The notes under the pieces: generated by a model
What the model was told of the DNA's origin: nothing
The model's input: the letters and a program-made list of their open reading frames with translations, nothing else
Databases searched by the model: none
Source: Octopus vulgaris
Lineage: Eukaryota
Reading direction: 5' to 3'
Length of the DNA stretch: 64,000 nt
Assembly: GCA_951406725.2 (NCBI GenBank)
Contig: OX597816.1
Coordinates: 49,972,001 to 50,036,000 of the forward strand
Shown here: positions 1 to 13,292 of the stretch, piece after piece
How the letters are laid out: every line of letters starts with the position of its first letter
Numbering within the stretch: position 1 is the stretch's first letter
Made by a program: the position numbers and the translations under genes

Positions 1-1276
1 GCGTATATTCTCAAGCACACACACGCAGCAGAAAATGCACATACACATGTATATGTATAGGTGGGTGTTTGTTTCTGTTCACGTGTGTGAGAGAGATAAA
101 ATGAGAGTGTCTCTATGCGTATCCGCTTGCGTGTGTATTTGTGTATCTGCGTGTGTGAGTGTATACGTACGTGTATTTATTTCTTTGTCATACATAATAT
201 TACGAAGTGTCGAAGGCGTACACTTCCACATAATTTATTCTCAAACATTCAAATATCACACCTTCTTTGAATCAATTTTCCCACATTGTATATATTTATA
301 TATTTATTTACCCGTATATATATCTATATAACCGTCTTCTATCGATTTTATAAAAGTTTATATCAAACTATTTGCCATTTCTTCAGATAATTCCAACCCT
401 TTTCTTTCTTATATTTTTCATAAATGTCTCCCCTTTCATCATATATTTCCCATTTCAAAGATGACTATGGGTATTATAAAGGAAATTCAGCAGCTCTTTT
501 TAATATGTCATATATAGTCTCTCTTTTTTTGTTCGATGGAACGCATAGATATTTGGTAGCTGTCAGCAGAATAAGGCTAGGTGTATTCCGTCAGAGCAAA
601 CAAATGAGGTTTCAGTTTAGAAATAATGTTTATTCTTAAACAATTCATTACCGTAAACATAATGAAAGTATATTTTTTATACTTTCCCCTCATACCACCT
701 CCTTTATAGACAACTACCTTTGAATACCCTTTCACTTTCGACATAGTATTTACCAAGTCACTTCAACGGTGTAGGGGCAAAATCAATTTATTGAATAGAC
801 GCTAAACAAGCATCAAAAGCATTACATTTCATTATATTCGAAGTTGCCGAAGTACAGTCTGTCTATTTCAGCTGACAGACAACTTATAATGAAGATCATT
901 CTTGAGAAAATAAAGATCAGAACAAAAAAACACCCACGAAGACAAATAAAATTACATTTAAAATATATTTCAAGCAAATCAACACCATTTTACCAGTTTC
1001 AACATCAACAAAGCAATCAACCAAATAATCAAACACGCACACACAAACGTACATACATAACGTGTATGTATTTCAATAATATATATGTTCTGCCATAGAT
1101 TCAGTGTATGTTGTATATGCGACTCCTATAAACATGCAAAATCTGCCTTTTAATTGCATAGAAAGTGTACAAAAAGCATAGAAATTTAGATCACACAGAT
1201 TAAAATAAAACGAAATTTGGAACTTATTTGTATAACTAATATTCCATTCAACTCAAGTAAAATAAATCCATTCACT

Positions 1277-1336
1277 CATACATACATACACACACATACA
1301 TACATACAAACATACATACATACATACATACATACA

Positions 1337-1404
<68 letters not shown>
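1277..1404. repeat. (TACA)n followed by (TA)n microsatellite
   Basis: Seen directly; representative of dozens of similar tracts in the window. Confidence 0.95.
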
Positions 1405-1406
<2 letters not shown>

Positions 1407-3559
1407 CAGTTGACTGATTACATATTAATGGAGTCGTCTGATCATAAAAGAGTCGAGCAATTAACTGTAATTTTCGCATAATTTTGGAGACATTGTCGTT
1501 TCAATAATGAGTAAATGAGATTTATCATGTTTAGGTATTTAGCACACGCATTAACTGCGCAATTGAATTGAAACTAATTTCAACAGGAAATTGAATTATT
1601 AATACAATAATTACAACATTCAATTAAACAAATATATAAAAATTACAATCAGAATCTCAATAGAATTATAAAACTAAAAATACCACTCACACTAACAATG
1701 GTCAATAGAAAACATCTGAGCTGAAACACTTGGTATCATCGCTTTTGTTCTCTTAATCCCATAATAACTGTTAACTTTTTTAAAGCTTCAATTAAAAACA
1801 ATGGCACTCTCTTAAAATACCCATAATTTAGAATCGCCAGCCGAAATATTTCCTTAAATGAGATATGATCTGTTCATTGTCTTCTCTCACATTTTCTCTC
1901 TTACTGTTACGTTTCTCCCTCTTGTAATTGCTCTATCTTTAACCTTACACTCCAATAAACCGAAAACATACTGAAATGCTGCTGACCCTTTTTAAAGTTC
2001 TTAACTACCATCGGTGTTTATTTCTTTTGGAATAAATATTTCTGATGCTTGTCGCCTGTAATAGACTTTGTACATACTATTTACTCAGTATCAGAAACCA
2101 CTACAATCTTCTTTTATCAATACATAGCGTTACGAGACATATATGTCGATCTTCAAATTATTCGAAAATCAACATGTATATATATAAAGAATTATATTGT
2201 GTAATCCTTTACAAATACAGAGATCATCTATCCTTAAAATCCTTAAAATTTCTTTAGCCCGAAGGCCGCGGCCATGCTGGGGCAGATTAATACTATTTTG
2301 TTTCTAAAATTCTTCATCATTCACATAGTATTAACGGAAATATGATGCACCAGATGAAAATAATTAGTTAAATATATTTTACGTATTATTGATTTCAATT
2401 AAGTACGTTTCTTAAATGACATTTTTTTCATTATTTTGAAACTATTACTTAAAACAGGGGAGCAAGAAAATATATTGTACCTGAGTTTTGGTGAATATAT
2501 TTTCCTGAATTGATATAGATAATTTATCATTTAAAATATTTGTTATATACACTGAAAGTTGAATATTTCAAAAACATCGTCTTTAAATATTTCCATTATT
2601 TCTATCTATTTATCTAATCGTTTTGCTTAGGTCGCTGAAACCGGAAAAAAACTGCTATCAATCATTGTCACGTCTGTGAACTATCATGAAATATTGGTAT
2701 AAGACACTTTATATAATATAATACTATATTGTAGTGTCGCACCTACAGGAATATCAATATCATGCTTTCAAATAATACAGATTTAATCATTTCATGTTAC
2801 ATCATTTCTTTGTTTAAGATTTGTTTAAATGGTTCTTCCCATTTTTTTACCGACAACTTGTGTCTCTGACATTTAATAACTTTCAAACTGTCAACAGATC
2901 ACTTTGTATAAATTATCTATACTTGTTTATTTTATTTGAGTCATATTTTTGTGTCTGCCTAATATATTGATCGGCGAAATTTGGAATAACATTTCTTTAA
3001 TCTATAAAACAATACTCTTATGATATATTCAATTGAGTTCGGAAAATAACAAACAATAATTCATACGTTTTTCTTATGATCTGTTTGCTAATACTTGAAT
3101 CAAATGTAGATTTCACTAAAAATATATGTAAATCATCTCTTCCAATGACAACAGTTCCGAGCTCTTATATCGAAATAATGGAAAATAACAAAAGCAAGTA
3201 AACTTAGCTATATAGATGTTAAAATTAAAATACCATATTCAAATAGACTTTGTTTTTAAAGTGTAGTATTTAATCACTAGAATCATAATAGACACAATAT
3301 TGTCAGCAACGGGCTAGTATACAGTTAAAATATTCTACTGAGCATAATAGATTCATACTAGAATTTTGGTCGAGCACAGTTTAGAATGACGATTCCAACA
3401 ATGGTTGAAATTCTATTCAAGCATAACTAAATTTCTTAAAGTTAATAAATACGACATTAAATTTCCATTACTTAAATGATATTACACTGTCTTTAAAAAA
3501 TCGTTCAAGCTGTACTTTGGTAAGAAGTAAATATACAGATAGGCGCGCACACACACACA

Positions 3560-3617
<58 letters not shown>

Positions 3618-3785
3618 GGAGCACACACACATATATCATTTAACTTCGTTTAAAGGTAACGTTTCTCAGTACGCAAATAAAAGCTTTTATTTTATTATAT
3701 TTCGATACTCCTAACGACACCAATGTGTAATAGCCGTGTCATGAGCTCGTACTGAGATGTGCCGATGTAATGTGGGAGAAATACA

Positions 3786-3787
<2 letters not shown>

Positions 3788-3849
<62 letters not shown>
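3788..3849 (+). repeat. (TAA)n microsatellite
   Basis: Seen directly. An opposite-orientation (TTA)n tract lies at about 4148-4199. Confidence 0.95.
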
Positions 3850-3850
<1 letters not shown>

Positions 3851-4147
3851 CAAGGGATGGAATTTAAATTTTATATATTCTAATATATCACTACGCGCGT
3901 TTCTACAAATCACATGTTTCTTAAGATCATAGTCCATATTCCTGTCATGATTACAGTACAATCTATTGTATCCATGGACATCAGGATGATCATTGTTCAT
4001 GTGTTCATTCCATCAGATAATATAGTATTAAAGTTGGAAGCAACGAATGAGGCCTTGTACTTATTTAATCGGTCGCTTTTGCTGCGAAGATGGTTTGTGG
4101 AAAGGCGCGTGACAATGCCTTAAAGTATTTATAAATTCCATGCATTG

Positions 4148-4203
<56 letters not shown>

Positions 4204-4884
4204 ATGTGAGTGTATTTATGTATATATATATATGCATACACGTACATACATACATATACAAACACAAACACACACACACACGTAAATGTTCACACACACA
4301 CATATAAATGTTTTATTCTGGTATTGGTATCGCTTTCACTCATAATGATCAGTATGTTATTAATATCATAACAGCCTTGCACTAACAAAACTTTCAAAGT
4401 ATTTACGCTATTCAATTCCACAATATCCCTGACAAATCGCAAAAAAACACGTATATACATACATAAACATATACGTATGTACATACACATGTACTCATAT
4501 ATGACGCAACTAACTTGATTTAAATATATGCAGCAGCAGTGAAACAATTTTCTATGAGTTTTATAATCGAGATGATGCTTGCATAATTGTTTACAATACT
4601 GCGATGAATAATTACTCTAAAATTGTTTAAGAGTCTATACGAAAATTGAGACCATGCAAAATTCTGGTCATCATATTAGCGTAGATATGAAATGTCTTCT
4701 TTGCATTGTTTTTTGGAAGTGTGTGCGTGCTTAAATTATGCATAGTCTGTGAATGTTCTATCATTTGACTGCATGTAAGTGTATGTGTGTATGCATATGC
4801 ATAAACGCATAAACTTATACTTTATATCAATCTATATCTCTATCCCTCTATATATATATGTATGCATATATACATACATATATA

Positions 4885-5060
4885 TTTTTTTCTCTCCTTG
4901 TTTCTCTTCGTGTTTCTTTTCTGTATATCTTTCTGTTGAAGAGCGTAGGCTCGAAACGTAAAAGACTTGTTTTATTTATAACCCTGAGCGCCATACTAAT
5001 ACAATTGTTTGTTTGTATTCCACCTGCCTTCGTCTTTTGTTTATTTTCATAAAGGTTCCC

Positions 5061-5062
<2 letters not shown>
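4885..5062 (+). mobile_element. Penelope-like pseudo-LTR-type repeat (family D) with minimal hammerhead-like motif, next to (TA)n
   Basis: TCTTT-CTGTTGA-A-GAGC-gtag-GCTC-GAAA-C-GTA-AAAGA at 4928-4965. Homologous copies at 25592-25780 (-), 27860-27927 (+) and 58273-58410 (-). PLE assignment is inference. Confidence 0.6.
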
Positions 5063-5138
<76 letters not shown>

Positions 5139-5273
5139 TACAGCGTTCTAATAGTAATTTCTATTAGATATTTTCTCTACCATCACTATTGACATTGAAT
5201 CAGTTACGGAGATGGAGTTGGGCAATTGAATTATACCGTATTTTATACGGGATACATACCATTTTCGATAATA

Positions 5274-5674
5274 GGCGCAGGGTTGGCTGTGTGGTAAGTA
5301 TCTTGTTGCGAACCGCATGGTTCCGGGTTCAATCCATCTGCGTGGCACATTGGGAAAGTGTCTTCTACTATAGCCTGGGGCCAAGTAAAGCATCGTGAGT
5401 GGATTTGGTAGACGGAATCTGAAAGAAACCCGTCGTATATATACATATATATGTATATGTGTGTGTGTGTGTGTGTGTGTATGTTTATGTGTCTGTGTTT
5501 GTCCTGGAAAACAGATGCTGGTGTGTTTACGTCCCCGTAACTTAGTGGTTCGGCAAAAGATACCGATAGAATAAGTACCAGGCTTACGAAGAATAAGTCC
5601 ATGGGTCAATTTGCTCGATTAAAGGCGGAGCTCCAGCATGGCCGCAGTCAAAATGACTGAAACAAGTAAAAGAG
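5274..5674 (+). mobile_element. tRNA-derived SINE, family A (about 400 bp, internal TA/TG microsatellite)
   Basis: A-box-like TGGCTGTGTGG, B-box-like GGTTCAATCC, 3' end CCAGCATGGCCGCAGTC...ACTGAAACAAGTAAAAGA shared with other copies in the window. Confidence 0.8.
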
Positions 5675-5856
5675 AATTAGACGACTTCCACTTTTATTGA
5701 TTTCCACAAACCATTATAAAAGACAAACATTATAGGAAGAAAGAAATCAGAGCCTCGTTTGTAAAATACGACAACGTTTGGTTATATAAAAAAGATAAAC
5801 TTCGAGAGGCGAGGATTTCGTGAAATTCGTGTAGCTTCACAATTTCTGTTGGAAAA

Positions 5857-6105
5857 GGCACAGGCGTAGCTATGTGGCAAGAAGCTTACTGCCCAACCAC
5901 ATGGATGCAGGTTCAGTCCTACTGCGTGACTCCTTCCTTTGGTTTCTTCTAGTATAGCCTCGTGCCGATCAACGCCTTGTGAGTGGACTTGGTTGCCGGA
6001 AACTGAATGAAGCCCATCATATTTATGTATATATTTTTATGTGTGTCTTTGTGTCTGGTTTGTACCTCATTACCACTTGAGGAATCGGTGTTGGTGAATT
6101 GAACA
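5857..6105 (+). mobile_element. SINE family A, diverged 5' part
   Basis: Aligns by eye to 5274-5530. Confidence 0.7.
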
Positions 6106-6426
6106 CACGCACTATACATTTGATCTTTATTTTAGTCATTCTATTTGTCAAAGTACTTTCGTCACGCATTCTGTGAACTCCTCCTCTGGTTTCTGTCCCT
6201 GGTGTCAACTCTAGTCCTGCTTATTTACTTCTGTCTTACTGTGGTACGTGTTACGAAAGAACTCTGGGAAATAATCTAATATTAATAATAATAATCTTAA
6301 AGTGAGGCTCTAATATATAGTGCTCGTGTTTAACTTGCAAATGACGATGCCAAATGTTACAACGAGTTTCAAAACACGATTTCGCATCAAGCAACTTGCA
6401 AAAGAAATATATACATGCATGCATAC

Positions 6427-6480
<54 letters not shown>

Positions 6481-6631
6481 GCATACATACATATATAGAT
6501 ACACATACATACTTACATACATGCATACATCATGCATACATATATAGATGCACACACACATACATACATACATAAATATATATAATTATTCACACATATA
6601 TATCCACACACAAGCACGTATATATATACAA

Positions 6632-6665
<34 letters not shown>

Positions 6666-8940
6666 GCATACACACATACATATATACACACATATATGTG
6701 TATATATATATAAATATATATATATATCTTTATATATATGTTTATATATATATATATATATATACGTACATGTGTGTATACACACAGACACACGCACCCA
6801 CATCAGTCATTATTCGTAGTCCTTACTACACAATTAGCGAAAGGTCCATTCCATTTTCGAATTAACATTTGAGCCATATTTATGTTTGTTTCGATCTTAC
6901 TAGTTTTTACAGAACTATTTTTGGATGTTTTATGTGATGCATTAGCAGACTGAATTGGTTATAACATTTATATATTTGATTCATCGAAAAATATTCCATT
7001 GCATTCATTGTAAGAATGCAGCAGTCACAAGGAATGGCAATCGGTTTTGACATGGAATACGTAATTTGTGATGTGAGATGTTTAACGAAGGAAAGAACAA
7101 ACGATAAAAGCTTTCAAATTGGGCTTGTAAAAATCGTCCGAAACAGACAGTTGTACTATATTAGCAAAATTCGAGGTGTGTCGCATTCGTAAAGATAAGT
7201 ACGGTTTTATTGTTACTGGCGATGATCACGCTGTTAACGCTGCTGCTGTTTTAGATGACGAGGAAGATTATAATGATGAGGAAGATTATAATGTTGATAA
7301 AGGAGAGGGAGAAAGCGGAGGATGAAGCTGAGCTAAAAATGAGGAAGAAGGGGAAGAGCACAGATTTTAGATGGATAGGATTTGGAATCTGTAGAATCCA
7401 TAATGTCAGAATAAAGTAACCAAAATCTATACTACAAAAACACACTGAGAAAATAAATGCTAAATCGTAGATACTAGCAGAATAATGATAGTTTGCCATC
7501 AATACTTACATCCGTATTCATATACTTCTATAAATTATTCTTCGGTTACACGCTATGAATATTTAGTACAGTGCCTTTTTATGTATCTGTAACATATCGG
7601 CAAACTTTACTCTTCATTTGCACTTTTCAAATACGATACCATGACTAAAAAATGTAAATACTTGAGGAAGCAAACTTCCCTTTTCGTTTTCCCCGCCACA
7701 CGAAGGACAATGTTGTTTTGCTTTATTTTTTAAGAAGCTATTCATTCTTGATGGAATAATACCTTAATATCGTTTTCTTTTTGTTTAGTCAAAGATCAGA
7801 ATTTATCGAATAAATTCTTCCTTGTAATTTAGAACGAATATTTATAATGCCAAGGACTATTGCATTCTCTATTTAATATAGTAGTGTATTTTGATCTAAT
7901 TGTGTTTTGCCTGTCATTTTTTGGTTCCTTTGTTTTATAATTAGCTTGATATACACTTTGTATTACTCATATGTAAACACTGAGATAAAAGAAAATGTGT
8001 TTTGAGCATAGAAGAGTATAATATGCTGGACTAAATCTTTGGTCTAGCATCACGTCTTCTGCTCTATCGTTACCTATATGCAGAAGTTGATGCTTCAATA
8101 CACACTTCAATATTATGTTATATAAATGGAAATCTGGATTACCACTTGGCAATGAAAACACAACATAAAGAAAGTCAGGTCGAATGCATCGTAAGAAAGT
8201 TTGAAACTAACTGTGGTAAAGATTAATAGGTTTTCAATAATATTTAGTACACGTAAAATTTGATAGGAAAAAAATTTAGAAAAGGAAGAGAGAAGAAACA
8301 CAAAATAATTGATAATATCTTTAATAATAATTCGATACTTTTACTGTTATCTATGGAAAAATCGAAGCTGAAATTTGATGTTTGTTGCACAAAAGAGTGA
8401 CTGCGAAGAAACTGGACTGATTCCATATTAATAGGATCACTATAAGATTATTAATATGTGAATTGTGTGGCGACAAGAGCAAACGCGATGCATATTTCAT
8501 AATCATAAACATAAATTGCCTCTGAATTATAACCCCGAGGTTACCTATTCAGATATTTGTACGGCACAAAGACACAAGCACTCACACGTATACAGCATAG
8601 ACATAACAGAAAAGTATAAAATATTGTACATGTATAGCCATGTGTACGCGTTCGTGTGGTACAGGCATGTGTGTGTGTGTGTGCTTGCGTGTGTGTATTG
8701 TTTGTGTTATGCAATTATTTTGATACAAGTTTGATCTTAAAATCCACATTGCAATCAATAGTTTTAAATTTTGTAAGGTTAACATTATGGAGGCCCAACA
8801 GAATTCTCATCAATCGATGTTTGGCTTTATATATAAAAATATGCATCGAGAGATTGTGATACAGTGATATAGATATTTACATGTATATATATACATATAC
8901 ATATATATGCATATATATATATATAATATATATATGTGTG

Positions 8941-9000
<60 letters not shown>

Positions 9001-9094
9001 GCATACATACATATATATATATATATATTTATATATATGCATATATATATATATATGTATATATCTTTATATATATATATATATAGATATATAT

Positions 9095-9790
9095 CCCCTT
9101 TGGAAAAAGAAACTCTCATACTCCCTTGGTATCCAATAACATCAGAGACTTGAGAGTAGTTTTCTACAACAACATTAACCGGGCTACTCACATAAACAGC
9201 AATGTCGACATGACCCGCAGAATGTGCTCTTGGATTCTGAGAACACTCCAGTCGAGAGATATCCACATCATTATCGTACGCTTCCCCACTTTTGCCCAAT
9301 CCCACCTTAAACGATGCTGCCCACTGTGGACTCCGCACACGAAACAAAGTATCATGAAAGTTGAAGCACCTCAAAGAACAATTGCAAAAAGATACATGGT
9401 ATGACAAACCTTGACTACTGGGGTCGACTAGGAAAGCTCAAGCGTTATTATCTTCAACGTCGTCGTGAGCGCTACATCATCTGCATGATGAGGAAAATAT
9501 TCCATCAGCATTGCTCAAAATGATGTTGACATCACCAGTAAGTTTCACCAAAGAACTGGACCCTGTGCTATCCGTCCACAACATAAATAACACTCGCATC
9601 TCATAATAATAATACAGCACAATTATTTCACCTCAAATGTTCCCGCTGTCTTTAACATTACACCAAAACACATTAAGACAGAAACGGCCCCCACAAAATT
9701 CAAGAAGCTTTTTGGACAAATTCTTTCAAGAAATCCCGGATGAACCTACTACATCCTGATATGTCCCCGTGATATGTCGACTAAATTATG
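9095..9790 (+). mobile_element. Decayed CR1/Jockey-group LINE, 3' part of ORF2
   Basis: Translation NIRDLRVV...MCSWILRTLQSR...CCPLWTPH...KVEAPQR, followed by LQRRRE(R)YII-like motif; same family as 39570-40977. Confidence 0.75.
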
Positions 9791-9811
9791 CAAAAATGAA
9801 AGTGACAGACT

Positions 9812-10515
9812 TACCAAAATTCCATAAAAATATTTAAAAATACTAAAGAAGAAATGTATTCTATATAATCGTCGTTGGCTTTAACCACGGCCTTCAGACG
9901 ACTTCGGAATTTTCTACAGCCTCCAGACAAGTTCGGAATCTCCTACGACTCTTCTAGACCAACTCCTTGTTGAAATTAGTGAATGCTGCGTAATCCTTGC
10001 CTTCAGTTCATCTTTGATGTTACATCTTTGACCTAGGGCCTGAAGTCCTGAAGGCACCAGATGTAGGCCTGCACGTTGAGTCTGAGGTCGTTTGGGAAGA
10101 TGAATGGAGGCATAACGTCACCATAACTCGTGATCACTTCAAACACCATGATGTTGACAGGGTATTTGATGTTTATCCCTCTCGTCACGTGTTCTCCTGT
10201 GAGTTCACAATCTGATACTGGCAGAAATTTTTGTCATCTGAGTAAAACCAAATCATGTTTGGTTGGAGGGGATACCGTAGGGCGCTCTTGTCCGTGTTGG
10301 CTTGAGATAAATATTGACACATTCTCATCTTGTATGAGGAATACGGAATGTATTCATACACTACCTGCCTGATGAGAAACGCAAACCCTCACATGTCCCT
10401 GGTGACGGACCTGACTGACTCTGAGGGATCGTTTTCAATCATCACCTGCATCTCACCCCAAAATTTAGTTGTTTTCTTGTCAGAACGATCAGAATATGTT
10501 TTCGAACTGGTTCTA
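9812..10515 (-). pseudogene. Tc1/mariner (maT/DD37D-like) transposase remnant, internally deleted
   Basis: Minus-strand translation fragments: IENDPSESVRSVTRDM, WFYSDDK..CQ.Q.VNSQ, VNIMVFEVITSYGDVMPPFIFP, C-terminal FRSRLKAVVKANDDYIE; stops and frameshifts. Confidence 0.75.
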
Positions 10516-10519
10516 TAGT

Positions 10520-10885
10520 AGTAGAATGTTGGCGGGATCCTCTTAAATGGTCAAGAGACATGTATTGGTTGTAATAGTAGTGACTGGTATTGTTCTGAAT
10601 AAATTCATGGGTAACGACTGTTCTGAATATATCGTTTTAAAAATTTGCTTGGGTATTATTCTATGGCCCTTTTAATAGTGTCATTTGTGGTGGACGCATT
10701 CAAAAGGAGTTTGTATTTTGTGATAAAGTATGACTCTTTACTAATGTGCTGACTACAGTTTGTATCATCCCTGAATTGATAGCGGGGAAAAATTCTGAAG
10801 CTGGGTTGTTTGTTATTCGCGCAAATGTCGATGTGTTCACTAAATACTATTTTTCCGTATTTTCGAATTTTGATCTAGGATCAAT
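10520..10885 (-). mobile_element. Penelope-like element 3' remnant (GIY-YIG endonuclease C-terminus plus downstream non-coding sequence)
   Basis: Minus-strand translation at about 10690-10860: IVFSEHIDICANNKQPSFRIFPRYQFRDDTNCSQHISKESYFITKYKLLLN, resembling the H...E..FI....P.LN end of PLE GIY-YIG domains. Confidence 0.6.
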
Positions 10886-10962
10886 ATCTATATGTATATC
10901 CTTATACATATGTATACACAGATATGTATGTATACATGTATGTATGCATGTATGTATATATG

Positions 10963-11021
<59 letters not shown>

Positions 11022-11027
<6 letters not shown>

Positions 11028-11247
11028 TTTATAGAAGGAGCTTCTACAGGACTAGAATTGCTTCATTCAAAAGAAATCATCAGGAAGCTAGGTGACAAGA
11101 TTCTTGTCACCTAGCTTCCTGATGATTTCTTTGAATGAAACAGTTCTAGTCATGTAGACGCTCCTTCTATAAAATAAATTAATTTACTCTGCTATGTATT
11201 GAGTACCTTATTTACTGTGGTTAACCCCCGACTCAACCCGGGACCTA
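11022..11247. mobile_element. Foldback element in (TA)n: about 79-bp inverted arms, each a type I hammerhead, plus one-sided tail
   Basis: Near-perfect palindrome 11022-11179 centred on T11101; AGCTTC-CTGATGA...GAAACAG...TA in the right arm; tail 11180-11247. Confidence 0.75.
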
Positions 11248-11248
11248 C

Positions 11249-11304
<56 letters not shown>

Positions 11305-11306
<2 letters not shown>

Positions 11307-11600
11307 TGCGTACCTTAATGGTTAGATTAATCGACTCACGATTGTAATGTCGTGAGTTCGATTCTCGTCAGTGTGTTGTATCCTTCAGCAGGTCACCTTA
11401 TTTTACGTTGCTCAACTCACCTCCTAAAAATGAGTAGTACCTGTATTTCAAAGGGCCGGTCTTGTTTCACGCTGAATATCCCTGCGAACTACGTTACGGG
11501 TATGGTGTGACTGTTGTGTGCTCAGCCACTTGCACGTTAATTTCAAGAGCAATGATCGGATCAACTGGAATTCTCATCGTCGAAACTGAAAGCGTGCCAC
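11305..11600 (+). mobile_element. tRNA-derived SINE, family C
   Basis: tRNA-like head (TAATGGTTAG...GAGTTCGATTCTC); 3' half matches 12911-13100 in reverse orientation. Confidence 0.7.
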
Positions 11601-11613
11601 TTTAGTTCACATA

Positions 11614-11624
11614 TAATGATAATA

Positions 11625-11694
<70 letters not shown>

Positions 11695-11747
11695 TAATAA
11701 TAATAATAATAACAATAATAATAATAATAATAATGATAACAACAACA
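11614..11747 (+). repeat. (TAA)n microsatellite
   Basis: Seen directly. Confidence 0.95.
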
Positions 11748-11926
11748 GAAGTGAGTTGATGTTCCCTACGTCTTTTTCAGAGGTATAATTGATTCTACAT
11801 TGGTGTCATTATTAAAATACTTCTCTTAGTTCTTACAAATTATCATTGAATTGAATTGAATTGGACTAGTTTCAGCTCACTACCTGTGGCCATATACATA
11901 CATACATACATACATACATACATACA

Positions 11927-11962
<36 letters not shown>

Positions 11963-12014
11963 TATATATACATATATATATGTATGCATATATGTATATA
12001 TGTATATATGTATG

Positions 12015-12084
<70 letters not shown>

Positions 12085-12117
12085 TTTTGGTGTGTTTATT
12101 ATCAAGTGAGTAATATA

Positions 12118-12159
<42 letters not shown>

Positions 12160-12818
12160 AGTCTATTTCTCTCTGTAACGTATTCATCACTGTAGGATCG
12201 TTTTTTGAGTGCATATTATGAATGTTTGTCTAAGTGATTATGAGGCAGTAGAAAAAGAAATATACGAAAGTTAGAATACACTGAAAAGGCAGACAAGGTT
12301 ACATAAACATTATGAAACATGTCTACAGTCATTTTCTGATTGAATAATCAGTATAGCTTACGAAATCTACAAGGAAATCAAGGAAAATATATTCACCGAT
12401 CGTTCTCTTGTCTACAAGGATTATCTAAGCATTTCTGAATATTTCATCGAACAGAGTACCAGGAAAACAGAAAATGCAAATTAAATATTATCTTCCTTAC
12501 TCTTTCAACCTCTACATCACATAAGTGGATTATACGAATATCATATTATTCTGCGTATTAAAGTTCTTCATAATGACAAATGTGAGTCATGAATCACTGG
12601 TAACCTTTATTTGGATATAGTAAAGCAGAGTCTTATTATATGTCGAGATATTACTTTTCAAGCCTTAACGTCTATGAAACCAGCCTGTCATATGTTGTCT
12701 ACAGAATAACGACAGCAAAGCTCTGCCTGTGTACACATATACATACACATACATACATATATACATACATACACACACACACACACATATATATATATTA
12801 TATTATATATTATATATG

Positions 12819-12876
12819 GTAAGACAACAAAAGAAAGAAAGTGACCTCGATATTAGGTAAATAGAGGAATTTATCT
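12819..12876 (-). mobile_element. Fragment of the tail of the foldback family at 25316-25533
   Basis: Reverse complement AGATAAATTCCTCTATTTACCTAATATCGAGGTC...TTTTGTTGTC matches 25464-25520; flanked by TA-rich tracts. Confidence 0.7.
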
Positions 12877-12910
12877 ATATACAGATATATATATATATAT
12901 ATGTATATAT

Positions 12911-13292
12911 CGTGGCATTCCGTCGGTTACGACGACTCGGGTTCCAGTTTATACGATCAACGGAACTGCTTACTCGTGAAATTAGCGAGCAAGTGGCTGA
13001 GCATTCCACAGCCAATGTGCACCCCTAACATAGTTCTCGGGGAGATTCAGCGTGATACAGTGTGTGACAAGGATGGAACTTCGAAATACAGGTACAACAG
13101 AAACAGGAAAAAAGAGTGAGAGAAAGTTGTTTTGAAAGAATAGATCAGATTTCGCCACCAACCTTTGCCGGAGACTCGTGGAGCTTTGGATATTTTCGCT
13201 CAATAAACACTAACAACGCCCGGTCTGGGAAACTAAAGTGCGATCCTACGACCGCTAGTTCGCTGCCGTAACCATTGTGCCATTACGCCTCC
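12911..13292 (-). mobile_element. tRNA-derived SINE related to family C
   Basis: Minus strand begins GGAGGCGTAATGGCACAATGGTTACGGCAGCG; shares its 3' domain with 11440-11600. Confidence 0.7.

Noticed and set aside
5274-5350. tRNA genes at SINE heads
   Set aside because: A and B boxes are present, but there is no complete cloverleaf and each continues into a SINE body.
10368-10392. CTGATGA-GAAAC hammerhead-like string
   Set aside because: No stem II or cleavage triplet with matching stem I; it lies within the antisense of the maT transposase coding sequence.
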